Positions 33,275 through 43,432 of a stretch of 64,000 nucleotides of DNA are shown here, one piece after another (positions within the stretch are counted from its first letter, which is position 1; every line of letters begins with the position of its first letter). This DNA comes from an uncultured Candidatus Entotheonella sp. Lineage in GTDB: Bacteria; Tectomicrobia; Entotheonellia; Entotheonellales; Entotheonellaceae. Position numbers and translations under genes: made by a program. Location: positions 1,152,001-1,216,000 of the forward strand of contig CBDCDA010000002.1 in NCBI GenBank assembly GCA_965215335.1, in the 5' to 3' direction. The notes below the pieces were generated by a model that saw only the letters and a list, made by a program, of their open reading frames with translations, was not told the origin of the DNA and searched no databases.

Positions 33275-34777
33275 TTACGCCTTGGCGATATACCCGTAAG
33301 CGGTATTGTCACGCAGGGTCGTGAGCTTGCCGGCTGCGTCGTAATCCCGCTTGATCTGTGCAAACTTGTCCTCGCTCAGGCGGCCATAATTGGCGCGCAG
33401 ATCGAGGTTGTACAAGCGTGCGGAGTTGAGGCCGAAGATCTGTTGCTTGACGGCGCTGTCGGCGCCGCCCAGAGGCGCGAAGCCGTACTTCTCCTGCATG
33501 TCCTCGGGGATTTCCATGCGGCGCATCGCCTCGATCTGCCACTGCGGCGAACCGTAAAGCACGGAGTCGGTTCCCCACACCACGTTGGAGACGCCCAGGC
33601 CCTTGATCCAGGTGCCCAGAATCGCCGCCGTGAGGCGCGGGTTGATGATGGACGTGGATGCGAAGGTCGTACCCATTTCGGCGTAGACGTTCGAGGCGCC
33701 GTTCTGGGCCGGGACTTCGGCCAGGTCCGAACACCACTCGATCCGGCCGGTCTTCTCGAAATCGCCCAAGGAGTCGCCAGGAGCATCGAAGAAGGCCCGG
33801 AAGCAGCCGTGGTAGATGATGAAGTTGAGCTGCGGCCAGTCTGCTGCGGCCTTGACGAGGTCGCGCGGCGTCTGGTATTCCCACACGCCGGCCCAGCTCT
33901 GCTCGTAATCCCTCGGCATAAGGCCCTTGTGGATGCAGAGGTTGACGATGCCCGCCTTCGCGGCTTTCTCGTAGAAGGGGTACATCAGCTTCTCGTCATC
34001 GAGCCAGAAGGGATACTTCGTCTTCGCGGACAGGGGATCGCCGATGGTGTAGAGCTTCCAGCTTGCGGGCGGCCGCTCGGCCAGAGCGCGGTCCACTTCT
34101 TCCATCCAGCCGGGCTGCCCCGGGGTCACCACGTTATGGGCCAGCATGCGGGTGTGACCCGCGGTGACGTTGACCATCTTGGCGGCTTCGGCGATCTGCG
34201 CGTTGTTGAGGAATTCCCAGGAATCGTCGTCAAACGGCGCACCGCTCAATACCGACACGTCGGTATCGCTGTTGAGGTAAATCTGCCGCACGTAGTTCTC
34301 GAACTTCAGCAGATAGATGTCGATCTTGTTGGGGTCCATCCCCGTCTTCCAGTCCGTGGCCGTCTTCTGCAAGAAGCCGAGGAAGCCTTCCTGGGTGTAG
34401 TCGTCGCGTACGAAGTGGGTCTGCACGTCGAAGATGAACTGCTGCCTGAGGGCCTCGGCGCGCTCGTTGGCCATGGCGGCGTCGGCGGCCTCAGCCTCGG
34501 ATACGTCGAACACGTTGCCGTACACGCTGTTCATGGCCAGGAAAGCGGCGGCCATGCCGGAACTGGTCTTGAGGAACTCGCGGCGGTCCATACCCTGCCT
34601 GGCGCCGTAGGTATCGGCCAGTTCCTTGATGCGCGCTTCGACTTGCTTCTGCTGCGCATTCTGCGGCGGCGGGTTGAATTCGCCGTTGGAGATGACCTGC
34701 GTGGGAATCGGCGAGTGGAACGCGTTTTCCGCCCCTTCGACGAGAGAAAATTCGCGATCACTGAAATAGGTACCCAT
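33275..34777 (-). CDS. Amidohydrolase family protein (Amidohydro_2-like), paralog A
   Basis: FDVQTH, WKLY, CIHKG, IIYHG, VWGTDS; internal RREFLK. Confidence 0.9.
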   Translation of the reverse strand: MGTYFSDREFSLVEGAENAFHSPIPTQVISNGEFNPPPQNAQQKQVEARIKELADTYGARQGMDRREFLKTSSGMAAAFLAMNSVYGNVFDVSEAEAADAAMANERAEALRQQFIFDVQTHFVRDDYTQEGFLGFLQKTATDWKTGMDPNKIDIYLLKFENYVRQIYLNSDTDVSVLSGAPFDDDSWEFLNNAQIAEAAKMVNVTAGHTRMLAHNVVTPGQPGWMEEVDRALAERPPASWKLYTIGDPLSAKTKYPFWLDDEKLMYPFYEKAAKAGIVNLCIHKGLMPRDYEQSWAGVWEYQTPRDLVKAAADWPQLNFIIYHGCFRAFFDAPGDSLGDFEKTGRIEWCSDLAEVPAQNGASNVYAEMGTTFASTSIINPRLTAAILGTWIKGLGVSNVVWGTDSVLYGSPQWQIEAMRRMEIPEDMQEKYGFAPLGGADSAVKQQIFGLNSARLYNLDLRANYGRLSEDKFAQIKRDYDAAGKLTTLRDNTAYGYIAKA

Positions 34778-34848
34778 TAACTTCCCTCCCATGATGACGA
34801 TGTCGGACTAACACAAAGGTGCGGATGACAACGCGTATCCGCTTGGTG

Positions 34849-34879
34849 GGTGCATGCGGGATGGGAACCCGCATGCACC
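34849..34879. repeat. Perfect 12-bp inverted repeat between the amidohydrolase paralogs
   Basis: GGTGCATGCGGG-7 nt-CCCGCATGCACC. Confidence 0.7.
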
Positions 34880-34909
34880 GTTGGGGCAAGAGCGGAAACT
34901 CAGATCCGA

Positions 34910-36415
34910 TCAGGCACGCTTGGCAATGTAGCCGTACGCCCTGTTGTCACGCAGAGCGGTGAGCTTGCCGGCCTGATCGTAGTCCCGTTTGATCTGCGCG
35001 AACTTGTCCTCGCCGAACCGGCTGTAGTCGGCTCGCAGATCGAGGCCGTAGCAGCGCGCAGAGTTGAGGCCCAGGATCTGGTTCTTGACCATGCCATCGG
35101 CGGGGCCAAGCGGCGCAAAGCCGTACTTCTCTTGCATATCTTCCGGTATTTCGAGGCGGCGCAGGGCTTCAATCTGCCACTGCGGCGAGCCGTGAAATAC
35201 GGAGTCCGTGCCCCACACCACGTTGGAGGCACCCAGGCCCCTGATCCAGGTGCCCAGGATGGCCGCCGTGAGGCGCGGATTGACGATTGCGGTAGACGCG
35301 AAGGTGGTACCCATCTCCGCATAGACGTTGGAGGCGCCGTTCTGCGCCGGAACCTCGGCAAGCTCGGTACACCATTCGATCTTGCCGGTGTTCTCGAAGT
35401 CGGCCAGGGCGTCTTCGGGCTTGTCGAAGAAGGCCCGGAAACAGCCGTGGTAGATGATGAAATTGAGCTCTGGCCAGTCCTTCGCCGCCTTGACGAGGTC
35501 GCGCGGCGTCTGGTATTCCCACACGCCAGCCCAGCTCTGGGCGTAGTCCCTCGGCATGAGCCCCTTGTGGATGCAGAGGTTGTTGATGCCCGCCTTCACG
35601 GCCTTCTCGTAGAAGGGATACATCAGCTTCTCGTCGTCGAGCCAGAAGGGGTATTTCGTCTTGGGCGTCAGCGGGTCGCCGATGGTGTACAGCTTCCAGC
35701 TTGCGGGCGGCCGCTCGGCCAGGGCCTGGTCCACTTCATCCATCCAGCCGGGCTGCCCGGGAGTCACCACCGCGTGGGCCAGCATGCGGGTATGCCCCGC
35801 CGTCTGGTTGACCATATTGGCGGCTTCGGCGATCTGCGCGTTGTTGAGGAATTCCCAGGTGTCGTCATCGAAGGGCGCGCCGCTCAACACGGATACCGCA
35901 GTATCACTGTTGAGATAGATCTGGCGCACGTAGTTCTCGAACTTCATCAGGTACATGCTGATGTCGTTCGGATCCAGGCCGTTCTTCCACACATCGGCGC
36001 CTTCCTTCAGGAAGCCGAGGAAGCCTTCCTGGGTGTAGTCGTCGCGTACGAAGTGGGTCTGGACGTCGAAGATGAACTGGTTCTTGAGGGACTCGGCGCG
36101 TTCGGTGGCCAGGGCGGCGTCGGCAGCCTCGGCCTCTGAGACATCAAACATCTCGCCATGCACGCTGTTCATGGCCAGGAAGGCGGCGGCCATGCCGGAA
36201 CTGGTCTTGAGGAACTCGCGGCGGTCCATGCCTTGCCTGGCACCGTAAGTATCGGCCAGATCCTTGATGCGCGCTTCGACTTGCTTTTGCTGCGCACTTT
36301 GCGGAGGTGGATTGAACTCACCGTTCGAAACGACCTGGGTTGGAATCGGCGAGTGAAAGGCGTTTTCCGCGCCTTCCACGAGTGAGAATTCTCTGTCGCT
36401 GAAGTAAGTACCCAT
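34910..36415 (-). CDS. Amidohydrolase family protein, paralog B
   Basis: Same motifs; collinear with paralog A; AGAGGAGG RBS. Confidence 0.9.
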   Translation of the reverse strand: MGTYFSDREFSLVEGAENAFHSPIPTQVVSNGEFNPPPQSAQQKQVEARIKDLADTYGARQGMDRREFLKTSSGMAAAFLAMNSVHGEMFDVSEAEAADAALATERAESLKNQFIFDVQTHFVRDDYTQEGFLGFLKEGADVWKNGLDPNDISMYLMKFENYVRQIYLNSDTAVSVLSGAPFDDDTWEFLNNAQIAEAANMVNQTAGHTRMLAHAVVTPGQPGWMDEVDQALAERPPASWKLYTIGDPLTPKTKYPFWLDDEKLMYPFYEKAVKAGINNLCIHKGLMPRDYAQSWAGVWEYQTPRDLVKAAKDWPELNFIIYHGCFRAFFDKPEDALADFENTGKIEWCTELAEVPAQNGASNVYAEMGTTFASTAIVNPRLTAAILGTWIRGLGASNVVWGTDSVFHGSPQWQIEALRRLEIPEDMQEKYGFAPLGPADGMVKNQILGLNSARCYGLDLRADYSRFGEDKFAQIKRDYDQAGKLTALRDNRAYGYIAKRA

Positions 36416-36555
36416 GGGATGCCTCCTCTTATAAGGTACACAAAGGACAGAACTTCTTCCGTTTCCACAGGACACAGCCCGGCAACAGCCAAAAGGCGCT
36501 CCAGCGTCCCCTTGCTGTTACGAGTCGTTCAAGGAGCACCACTACAAGGGCACGC

Positions 36556-36584
36556 ACTCTAACCAGTCATTTTACCCATGTCAA
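36556..36584 (-). promoter_or_regulatory. sigma70-like promoter for the amidohydrolase pair
   Basis: TTGACA-17 nt-TAGAGT on the minus strand. Confidence 0.5.
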
Positions 36585-36692
36585 TAGGGTATTCTGTCAT
36601 GTCAGCAGGTTTTTTTGCTTCATGAAGATCAAGGGCTCCGACCATTGTTCGGAACCCATCCAAGGCGAGTTTCCGGGGCGGCGGCACAGGGT

Positions 36693-36722
36693 TTGACACC
36701 GTTGAACGGCTATCAGTATAGT
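36693..36722 (+). promoter_or_regulatory. sigma70-like promoter for the RND operon
   Basis: TTGACA-18 nt-TATAGT. Confidence 0.6.
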
Positions 36723-36811
36723 ATGCCATCCTTGTGAGACGACCGGGGTTTTGAGAAGTACGAGGCTTGCGCATGGGACTATTTGGGACTATGGAGATCA
36801 AGACAAGGCTT

Positions 36812-38182
36812 ATGAAGAACAAGACCCGTTTTATTCCTTCCATGATAACCTTTTCCACGGCAGGCGCATCTGGCCAGTGCCGGTACAGTGCTCTGGCCCG
36901 CAGGCTTTTCCGTACCGGGCGGCTGCCGGGTCGTCGGGCCGTTCTGTGGTTTTGCCTGCTTGCTCTGTTCGTTTCTACGTGCGGCACAGTGGGTGCGCAG
37001 GAAGCGCCGCAGGGTCCGCCGCCGGCCCCGGTGACCACGGCCGTGGCCGAGGGGGGGGCGTTCAGCAAGCCGGTGCACGTGACGGGCACGGTCGAGGCGA
37101 TGGCCAGCACGGTACTTTCCAGTGAAGTTGATGGCTATATGGCCGAACTGCGGGTCGACGAGGGTGACGCCGTGACCAAGGAGCAGGTGCTGGCCCAGAT
37201 CCGCGTCTTGCCGTATCGCTTTGCTCTGGAGCAAGCCGAGGCGCTGGCGCGGGCGGACCGGGAGCGCCTCCGGGAGTTGCGGGCGGGAACCCGCGCGGAA
37301 GACATCGCAATGGCAAAGGCGAATCTTGCCAAGGCCGAGGTCGCGGCCGAAAAGGCCAACAAGAACTACGCCCGCAGCCAGTCGTTGCTGGACAAGAAGA
37401 TCATCAGTGACGAGGAATTCGACGCGGCGCATGAACGCTGGGAGGAAGCCCAGGCGATCCTGGAGGTCGAGAAAGCGACCCACGAACGCGCCTTGGCCGG
37501 GGCGCGTGAAGAGGAGATAGGAGCCGCCCGGGCCCGAGTCGCCGCCAGTCAGGCGCAGGTCGCCGTGGCCAAGGATCGGCTCGATCGCGCCACGATTCGC
37601 GCGCCGTTCGACGGGGTGATCACCGCGAAGCATACGGAAGTCGGGTCGTGGGTTTCGGTCGGCGACGGCGTTTTCGATCTCGATACCACCAGCCGGGTGC
37701 GGGTGCGGGTGGACATCCCGGAGACGTACTATGGCCAGATCGTCATCGGCAGTGACATGTCGATCACGTTCGACAGCGTTCCCAACCAGACCTTTGTCGG
37801 CAAGGTGACCAAGAAAATTCCGCGCGCCAGCGGCAGGAGCCGGGCCTTTCCCATCAAGGTGGATCTGGACAACAGCGAGGGCCGCCTGGCGTCCGGCATG
37901 CTGGCCCGCGTGATGCTGGAGACCCCGCATTCGGGTGAGAGCAGCGTCATCGTGCCGCGCGACGCCCTGGTGCCGCGCGGGCCGAATCACATCCTGGTGC
38001 GCGTGCAGGACAAGGACGGGCAGCCGATTGCGGAGATATTGCCGGTGAAGCCGGGGCGCTATTTCGGCGAGGCAGTGGAAGTATTTGGCGATTTGCGGGC
38101 CGGTGACCGCGTCGTGGTGCGTGGCAATGAGCGCCTGCGACCGGGTCAGCCTCTGGTGCTGGACCGGTTTCTGACAAATTAG
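36812..38182 (+). CDS. RND efflux periplasmic adaptor (membrane fusion protein); start uncertain
   Basis: TM anchor, VDEGDAV lipoyl half, long coiled coil, IRAPFDG, GDRVVVRG. Confidence 0.92.
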   Translation: MKNKTRFIPSMITFSTAGASGQCRYSALARRLFRTGRLPGRRAVLWFCLLALFVSTCGTVGAQEAPQGPPPAPVTTAVAEGGAFSKPVHVTGTVEAMASTVLSSEVDGYMAELRVDEGDAVTKEQVLAQIRVLPYRFALEQAEALARADRERLRELRAGTRAEDIAMAKANLAKAEVAAEKANKNYARSQSLLDKKIISDEEFDAAHERWEEAQAILEVEKATHERALAGAREEEIGAARARVAASQAQVAVAKDRLDRATIRAPFDGVITAKHTEVGSWVSVGDGVFDLDTTSRVRVRVDIPETYYGQIVIGSDMSITFDSVPNQTFVGKVTKKIPRASGRSRAFPIKVDLDNSEGRLASGMLARVMLETPHSGESSVIVPRDALVPRGPNHILVRVQDKDGQPIAEILPVKPGRYFGEAVEVFGDLRAGDRVVVRGNERLRPGQPLVLDRFLTN

Positions 38183-38229
38183 AGGGTGCATACGGCGGTC
38201 GAACGCCGGGAAGTCGAGGACGTTAAGCG

Positions 38230-41200
38230 ATGATACGATACTTCATTCGGAATGGTATTGCCGTATCCGTGCTGAGCATGGCGTTGTTGCTGTTCGGCGT
38301 GCTGGCTCTGTTCAGCCTGCCTATCCAGCTCACTCCCGACGTGTCGGCGCCGGTCATCAGCGTTGTGACCTACTATCCCGGCGCGACCCCGGAGGACATC
38401 GAACAGGACATCCTGATCGATCAGGAACAGTACCTGAAAAGCCTCCCGGGGCTGGAAAAAATGATCAGCACGGCTTCGATGGGGCAGGCGGAGGTCGAGC
38501 TGGAATTCGGGCTGGAGACGAATCAGCAGGAGAACATCGTCCGCATCAACAACGCCCTCGCCCAGGTGCCCGGCTACCCGGAGAACGTGGACGAGCCGAC
38601 GATCCAGACCTCGCGCGCGTCCGAGCAGCCGGTGGCCTGGATCAGTGTGCGTACGCGCCCGGAGCACCCGGAACCGCTCGACGTGCAGGAAATGTTCGAC
38701 TACGTGGAGGATCACGTCAAACCGTATTTCGAACGGCTGACGGGCATTTCCAGCGTGCGCGGCGTTTACGGCGGCACCGAGCGGCAGATGCAGGTGATGA
38801 TCGATCCCACCAAGCTGGCGGACCGCGGCATTGCCATCTCCAGGGTGCGGGAGGCGATTCGGTCGCGCAATCGTGACGTGTCCGGCGGCGACCTGGATGA
38901 GGGTAAGCGGCGTTTCAACGTTCGCACGGTCGGCCGTTATGAATCCACCGCCGATATCGAAGACACCATCATCGACATCCAGGACGGCACGCCCGTCTAC
39001 CTGCGCGACGTCGGCTACGCCCGTCTGGGACACGCCGAGAAGCGCACCCTGATCCGCCAGAATACCGAACCCGCCCTGGCGTTTGGCCCGCAGCGCAAGC
39101 GGGGCACGAACCTGCTGGTGGTCATGGAGCAGGTCCAGGGGGCCATCCGGGAACTGAATGACGGTGTCTTGCGCGAGAAGGGCATTTATCTGACGCGGGT
39201 GACGGACAGCACCAGTTACGTCCGCGACGCGGTCGACATGGTGCGGTTCAACCTGCTTTTCGGCGGCATGCTGGCCCTTGGCATCCTGCTGATCTTCCTG
39301 CGCCACGCCCGTTCCACCCTGATCGTCGGCTTGGCGATTCCGTTGTGCGTCGTCGGTTCCTTCTTCATGATCAGCGTGTCGGGACGTTCCATCAACGTCA
39401 TCTCGCTGGCCGGTCTCGCCTTTTCCATCGGCGCCGTCCTCGACGCCTCGATCGTCGTTCTGGAGAACATCTACCGGCATCGCTCCATGGGCAAATCGTC
39501 CTTTGACGCAGCCTACGACGGCACCAGCGAGGTGTGGACGGCCATCCTGTCTTCGGTGTTGACGAACGTCGTGGTCTTCACGCCCATCATCACGCTGGCG
39601 GACGAGGCGGGGCAGATTTTCCGCGACCTCGCCATCGCCATCGTGGCGGCCAACATCCTGGCCCTGATCGTTTCCATCCTCATCATCCCGCCCCTCGCCG
39701 CCCGGTTGCTCACGCGCGTGCCGACGATGGACAGGCAGGGATTCATGGGTCAACTCCAGCGCCTGTTCGGGTTGGCACCCCTGGCGGCGAGAATCCACGG
39801 CGGCTTCCTGCGTTCTGCGCTCACCTGGCTGATGGGCGGCGTCATCCGGCGCATCATCGTCACGGCCACGGTGCTGGCCGTCGCGGTGACGTGCATCCTG
39901 GTCTTCATGCCCAAGGCGGAATACCTGCCGGAAGGCAATCGGCAGACCATTATCGGCGTCCTGATCCCGCCACAGGGCTACGGCATGCCCGAGATCACGG
40001 CGATCGGGCAGGAACTGGAGAAACGGGTGAAGCCGATGCTGGATGCCTCCGTGGCCGATTTCGAGGCAGGTCGAATCGAGGCGCCGCCGCTGAAATACTT
40101 CTTTTTCGCGGCATTCCGCAATCGGATGTTCCTGTTCACCCGCCCCAAGAGCCGTGCGCACCTGTCCGCCGTGCCGCCCGCTCTGCAGCGCCTCATGAGT
40201 GACGTTCCGGGCACGATTGCCTTTGCCCTGAAAATGTCCATCTTCAGTCGCGACATCATGGGTTCGCGGGCCATCAACGTCGATGTCATCGGGCCCGACG
40301 TGAAGGTCCTGACGAACATTGCGCAGGCATCCTTCTTCAAGGTCCTGGAGGCGCTTCCCGGGGCGCGGCCCGAACCCAAACCGGGTATCGAAATCGGCCA
40401 GCCGCAGGTCATCATCCGGCCTGACTGGGAGCGTGCCGCGCAGCTCGGGATCGACGTGCAGGACATCGGCTACAGCACCTGGGTGCTGGGCGACGGGGCC
40501 TACGTGGACGACTACTACCACGAAGGCGACAAGATGGACCTGTATCTCTATTCCACCATGGGCGCCTACGACACGCTGGGGAATTTCGAGACCATCCGCA
40601 TCGCGACGCGGTCAGGCGATACGGTACCCCTGTCCGACGTGGCCAGCATTGATTTCACCTACGGCCTGGAGCGCATTCGCCGCGTGGACAACCAGCGCGC
40701 GGTGACCCTGCGGATCACCCCGCCGGGCAATATCTCGCTGGAAGAAGCGATTGGAATCGTGCAAAACCACATCATCGGCGCCATGCAATCGGAGGGCCTG
40801 GTGCCACCCGGCTACACCATGCGCATCAGCGGCACCAGCGACAAACTGGCAGCCATCCGCGCCAAGCTCGGCACCGACTTCCTGCTGGCGCTGATGCTGA
40901 CGTACCTCACGATGGTTCTGGTGTTCCGCCACTGGGGTTACCCGCTCACCGTGATGCTGTCGGTTCCCATCGGTCTGACGGGCGGCGTACTGGGTCTCTG
41001 GGTGCTCAACAGCTATCTGGGCATCGTCAGCCCGGGCACGATCCAGTCCCTGGACGTTCTGACCATGCTCGGTTTCGTCATTCTGCTGGGCAGCGTCATC
41101 AACAACCCCATTCTGATCGTGCAGCAGGCGATCAACTTCATGCGGCAGGGGCTGGATCCCCATCAGGCGATCGTGGAATCGACGCTTACCCGCATACGAC

Positions 41201-41454
41201 CGATCATGATGACGACGGGGACCACCATTTTCGGCCTCATGCCGCTGGTGCTGAATCCCGGCGCCGGTAGCGAGTTGTATCGCGGTCTCGGCATGGTCAT
41301 GTTCGGCGGCCTCATCCTGGGCACCGTCACGACCATCGTCTTCATCCCGTCGGTCATGTCGTTGATGTTTGACGCTGCCGGGCTGCTGCGCAGACAGAGC
41401 AATCTCGCTGCTGCCGCCGCGGCGCCACTCGCCAGCGAAGCCGGTAGCGACTAG
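38230..41454 (+). CDS. RND efflux permease (AcrB/AcrD/AcrF family)
   Basis: 1074 aa, two periplasmic loops, LDASIVVLENI, RIRPIMMT. Confidence 0.95.
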   Translation: MIRYFIRNGIAVSVLSMALLLFGVLALFSLPIQLTPDVSAPVISVVTYYPGATPEDIEQDILIDQEQYLKSLPGLEKMISTASMGQAEVELEFGLETNQQENIVRINNALAQVPGYPENVDEPTIQTSRASEQPVAWISVRTRPEHPEPLDVQEMFDYVEDHVKPYFERLTGISSVRGVYGGTERQMQVMIDPTKLADRGIAISRVREAIRSRNRDVSGGDLDEGKRRFNVRTVGRYESTADIEDTIIDIQDGTPVYLRDVGYARLGHAEKRTLIRQNTEPALAFGPQRKRGTNLLVVMEQVQGAIRELNDGVLREKGIYLTRVTDSTSYVRDAVDMVRFNLLFGGMLALGILLIFLRHARSTLIVGLAIPLCVVGSFFMISVSGRSINVISLAGLAFSIGAVLDASIVVLENIYRHRSMGKSSFDAAYDGTSEVWTAILSSVLTNVVVFTPIITLADEAGQIFRDLAIAIVAANILALIVSILIIPPLAARLLTRVPTMDRQGFMGQLQRLFGLAPLAARIHGGFLRSALTWLMGGVIRRIIVTATVLAVAVTCILVFMPKAEYLPEGNRQTIIGVLIPPQGYGMPEITAIGQELEKRVKPMLDASVADFEAGRIEAPPLKYFFFAAFRNRMFLFTRPKSRAHLSAVPPALQRLMSDVPGTIAFALKMSIFSRDIMGSRAINVDVIGPDVKVLTNIAQASFFKVLEALPGARPEPKPGIEIGQPQVIIRPDWERAAQLGIDVQDIGYSTWVLGDGAYVDDYYHEGDKMDLYLYSTMGAYDTLGNFETIRIATRSGDTVPLSDVASIDFTYGLERIRRVDNQRAVTLRITPPGNISLEEAIGIVQNHIIGAMQSEGLVPPGYTMRISGTSDKLAAIRAKLGTDFLLALMLTYLTMVLVFRHWGYPLTVMLSVPIGLTGGVLGLWVLNSYLGIVSPGTIQSLDVLTMLGFVILLGSVINNPILIVQQAINFMRQGLDPHQAIVESTLTRIRPIMMTTGTTIFGLMPLVLNPGAGSELYRGLGMVMFGGLILGTVTTIVFIPSVMSLMFDAAGLLRRQSNLAAAAAAPLASEAGSD

Positions 41455-41530
41455 GAAAAGGTATGGCGGGGGCCCTGTCGCCGTCCGGTTTGCGTTTCCG
41501 GTTGCAACGAAATCAAAGGGGAGGCGGATT

Positions 41531-42472
41531 ATGATACTCGGCAGTGGTGACTTGTGCTTCGAACCGGTAGTCGACTGGGAAAAGCTGCCGGAGGGCTGGT
41601 CGTTCGTCGACGTCGCCGGCGTGGCGGTCGATTCGCACGACAACGTGTACGTCCTGAACCGCAGCGAGCATCCCGTCATCGTCTTCGACCGCGACGGGAA
41701 TTTCCTGCGATCCTGGGGCGAGGGCGCTTTCAGCGACCGCACGCACGGCATCTACGTCGGACCCGACGACAGCGTCTACTGCGTGGACGACGGCCTGCAC
41801 ACGGTCCGCAAGTTCACGACCGCAGGCAAGCTGCTCCTCACCCTCGGCACGGAAAGTCAGCCGGCCCCCAAGTGGGCCGGCAACCCCTTCAACCGCCCGA
41901 CACACGTGGCGGTCTCACCGGTTACCGGCAATCTGTACGTCTCCGACGGTTACGGCAATTCCCGTGTGCATATCTTCGCGCCCGACGGGCGGCCCCTGCA
42001 TTCCTGGGGCGAGCCCGGCATCGACCCCGGGCAGTTCATCCGCCCGCACAACGTGGCTATCGACAAGGATGATCAGGTGTACGTGGCCGACCGCGAGAAC
42101 CACCGCATTCAGGTATTCGACGCCAAGGGCAACTACCTCGCCATGTGGAACAACATCCACCGCCCCGACGGCATCTGCCTCGACAGCGAGGGTTATCTGT
42201 ACATCGGCGAGTTGAACGGCATGGCCGGTGTCGACGACGCACCCGGGTTGGGACACCGGGTGAGCATCTACAACCTGAAGGGCGAGTTGCAGACGCGCTT
42301 CGGCGACCCCGAGGAAGGGGAGGGACCGGGCCAGTTCATCGCGCCGCACGGGGTGGGTGTCGACTCGCGCGGCGACGTCTATGTCGGCGACGTGGCCTAC
42401 ACCATCCGAGGCCGGCATCTCGATCCGCCGCGGGAATTGAAGTGCCTGCGGAAGTTCAGCCGGAAACGGTAG
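41531..42472 (+). CDS. NHL-repeat beta-propeller (peptidyl-alpha-hydroxyglycine lyase-like)
   Basis: FNRPTHVAV, VSDGYGNSRV, PHNVAID, VADRENHRIQVFD. Confidence 0.9.
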   Translation: MILGSGDLCFEPVVDWEKLPEGWSFVDVAGVAVDSHDNVYVLNRSEHPVIVFDRDGNFLRSWGEGAFSDRTHGIYVGPDDSVYCVDDGLHTVRKFTTAGKLLLTLGTESQPAPKWAGNPFNRPTHVAVSPVTGNLYVSDGYGNSRVHIFAPDGRPLHSWGEPGIDPGQFIRPHNVAIDKDDQVYVADRENHRIQVFDAKGNYLAMWNNIHRPDGICLDSEGYLYIGELNGMAGVDDAPGLGHRVSIYNLKGELQTRFGDPEEGEGPGQFIAPHGVGVDSRGDVYVGDVAYTIRGRHLDPPRELKCLRKFSRKR

Positions 42473-42606
42473 GCGGGTTGGCGTTCACGTGTATAACACG
42501 ATAGACGGACGGCGCCTGAAATGCTCTGAACGATTCGCCATGGCCGTGCAACCGGCCACGCGGCACTGCGATTTTGACATTAACACGCCCTGATCGGGAG
42601 AGAATC

Positions 42607-43158
42607 ATGGCAGGTACGTTGTCGACGGCAACGTTCGGGGCCGGGTGCTTCTGGTGCACCGAGGCGGTATTCCTGGACGTCAAGGGCGTGCATCGCGTCG
42701 TTTCCGGCTATGCCGGTGGCCACACGAAAAATCCGACCTATCAGCAGATCTGCACGGGCACGACCGGCCACGCGGAGGTCATCCAGATCACCTTCGATCC
42801 TGCCGTCATTTCGTTCGAGGACCTACTCGAGGTGTTCTGGCGCACCCACGACCCCACCACACTGAACCGCCAGGGTGCCGACGTCGGCACGCAGTACCGT
42901 TCGGTGATCTTCTACCACGACGAAGGGCAGCGGGTGAGCGCCGAAAAATCGAAGCAGGAGATGGACGCCTCCGGGCTGTGGAAAGACCCGGTCGTTACCG
43001 AGATTGCGCCGTTCGACACGTTCTACACCGCCGAGGGGTATCACCAGGAGTTCTACCGGCGCAACCCGCACCAGCCTTATTGCTTCGTGGTCATTGATCC
43101 CAAAATGAAGAAATTTCGCAGGGACATGCCGGCCGTCCTCAAGACGGCGAGAGGATGA
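42607..43158 (+). CDS. msrA: Peptide-methionine (S)-S-oxide reductase
   Basis: GCFWC, GHAEV, HDPT, QYRS, AEGYHQ. Confidence 0.97.
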   Translation: MAGTLSTATFGAGCFWCTEAVFLDVKGVHRVVSGYAGGHTKNPTYQQICTGTTGHAEVIQITFDPAVISFEDLLEVFWRTHDPTTLNRQGADVGTQYRSVIFYHDEGQRVSAEKSKQEMDASGLWKDPVVTEIAPFDTFYTAEGYHQEFYRRNPHQPYCFVVIDPKMKKFRRDMPAVLKTARG

Positions 43159-43164
43159 GCAGTG

Positions 43165-43407
43165 ATGATGGCCAGTGACTGGATCAACATCGGCGGCTTC
43201 ATCGGCATGCTGGCGCTCGGTTGGCGCATGTACGCCACCTTGCGGCGTGATTTGACCGCGGGGTTAGACGGCGTGCGCCGGGAAGTAGACAGCGTACGCC
43301 GGGAAGTAGACAGCGTGCGTAGGGAAGTGGCGGGCGTATCCGAGCGCCTGGCGCGTATCGAAGGCTGGATCGAGGGTCGCTTCAATCCGGTGGCTTCGGG
43401 TGATTGA
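43165..43407 (+). CDS. Small membrane-anchored heptad-repeat protein
   Basis: TM helix, (D[GS]VRREV)x3, ERLARIEG. Confidence 0.75.
   Translation: MMASDWINIGGFIGMLALGWRMYATLRRDLTAGLDGVRREVDSVRREVDSVRREVAGVSERLARIEGWIEGRFNPVASGD
43267..43329. repeat. 21-bp coding tandem repeat x3
   Basis: GAC[GA]GCGT[GA]CG...GGAAGT[AG] units. Confidence 0.85.
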
Positions 43408-43432
43408 GCATGAATCGCCACGCCGGACGTCC

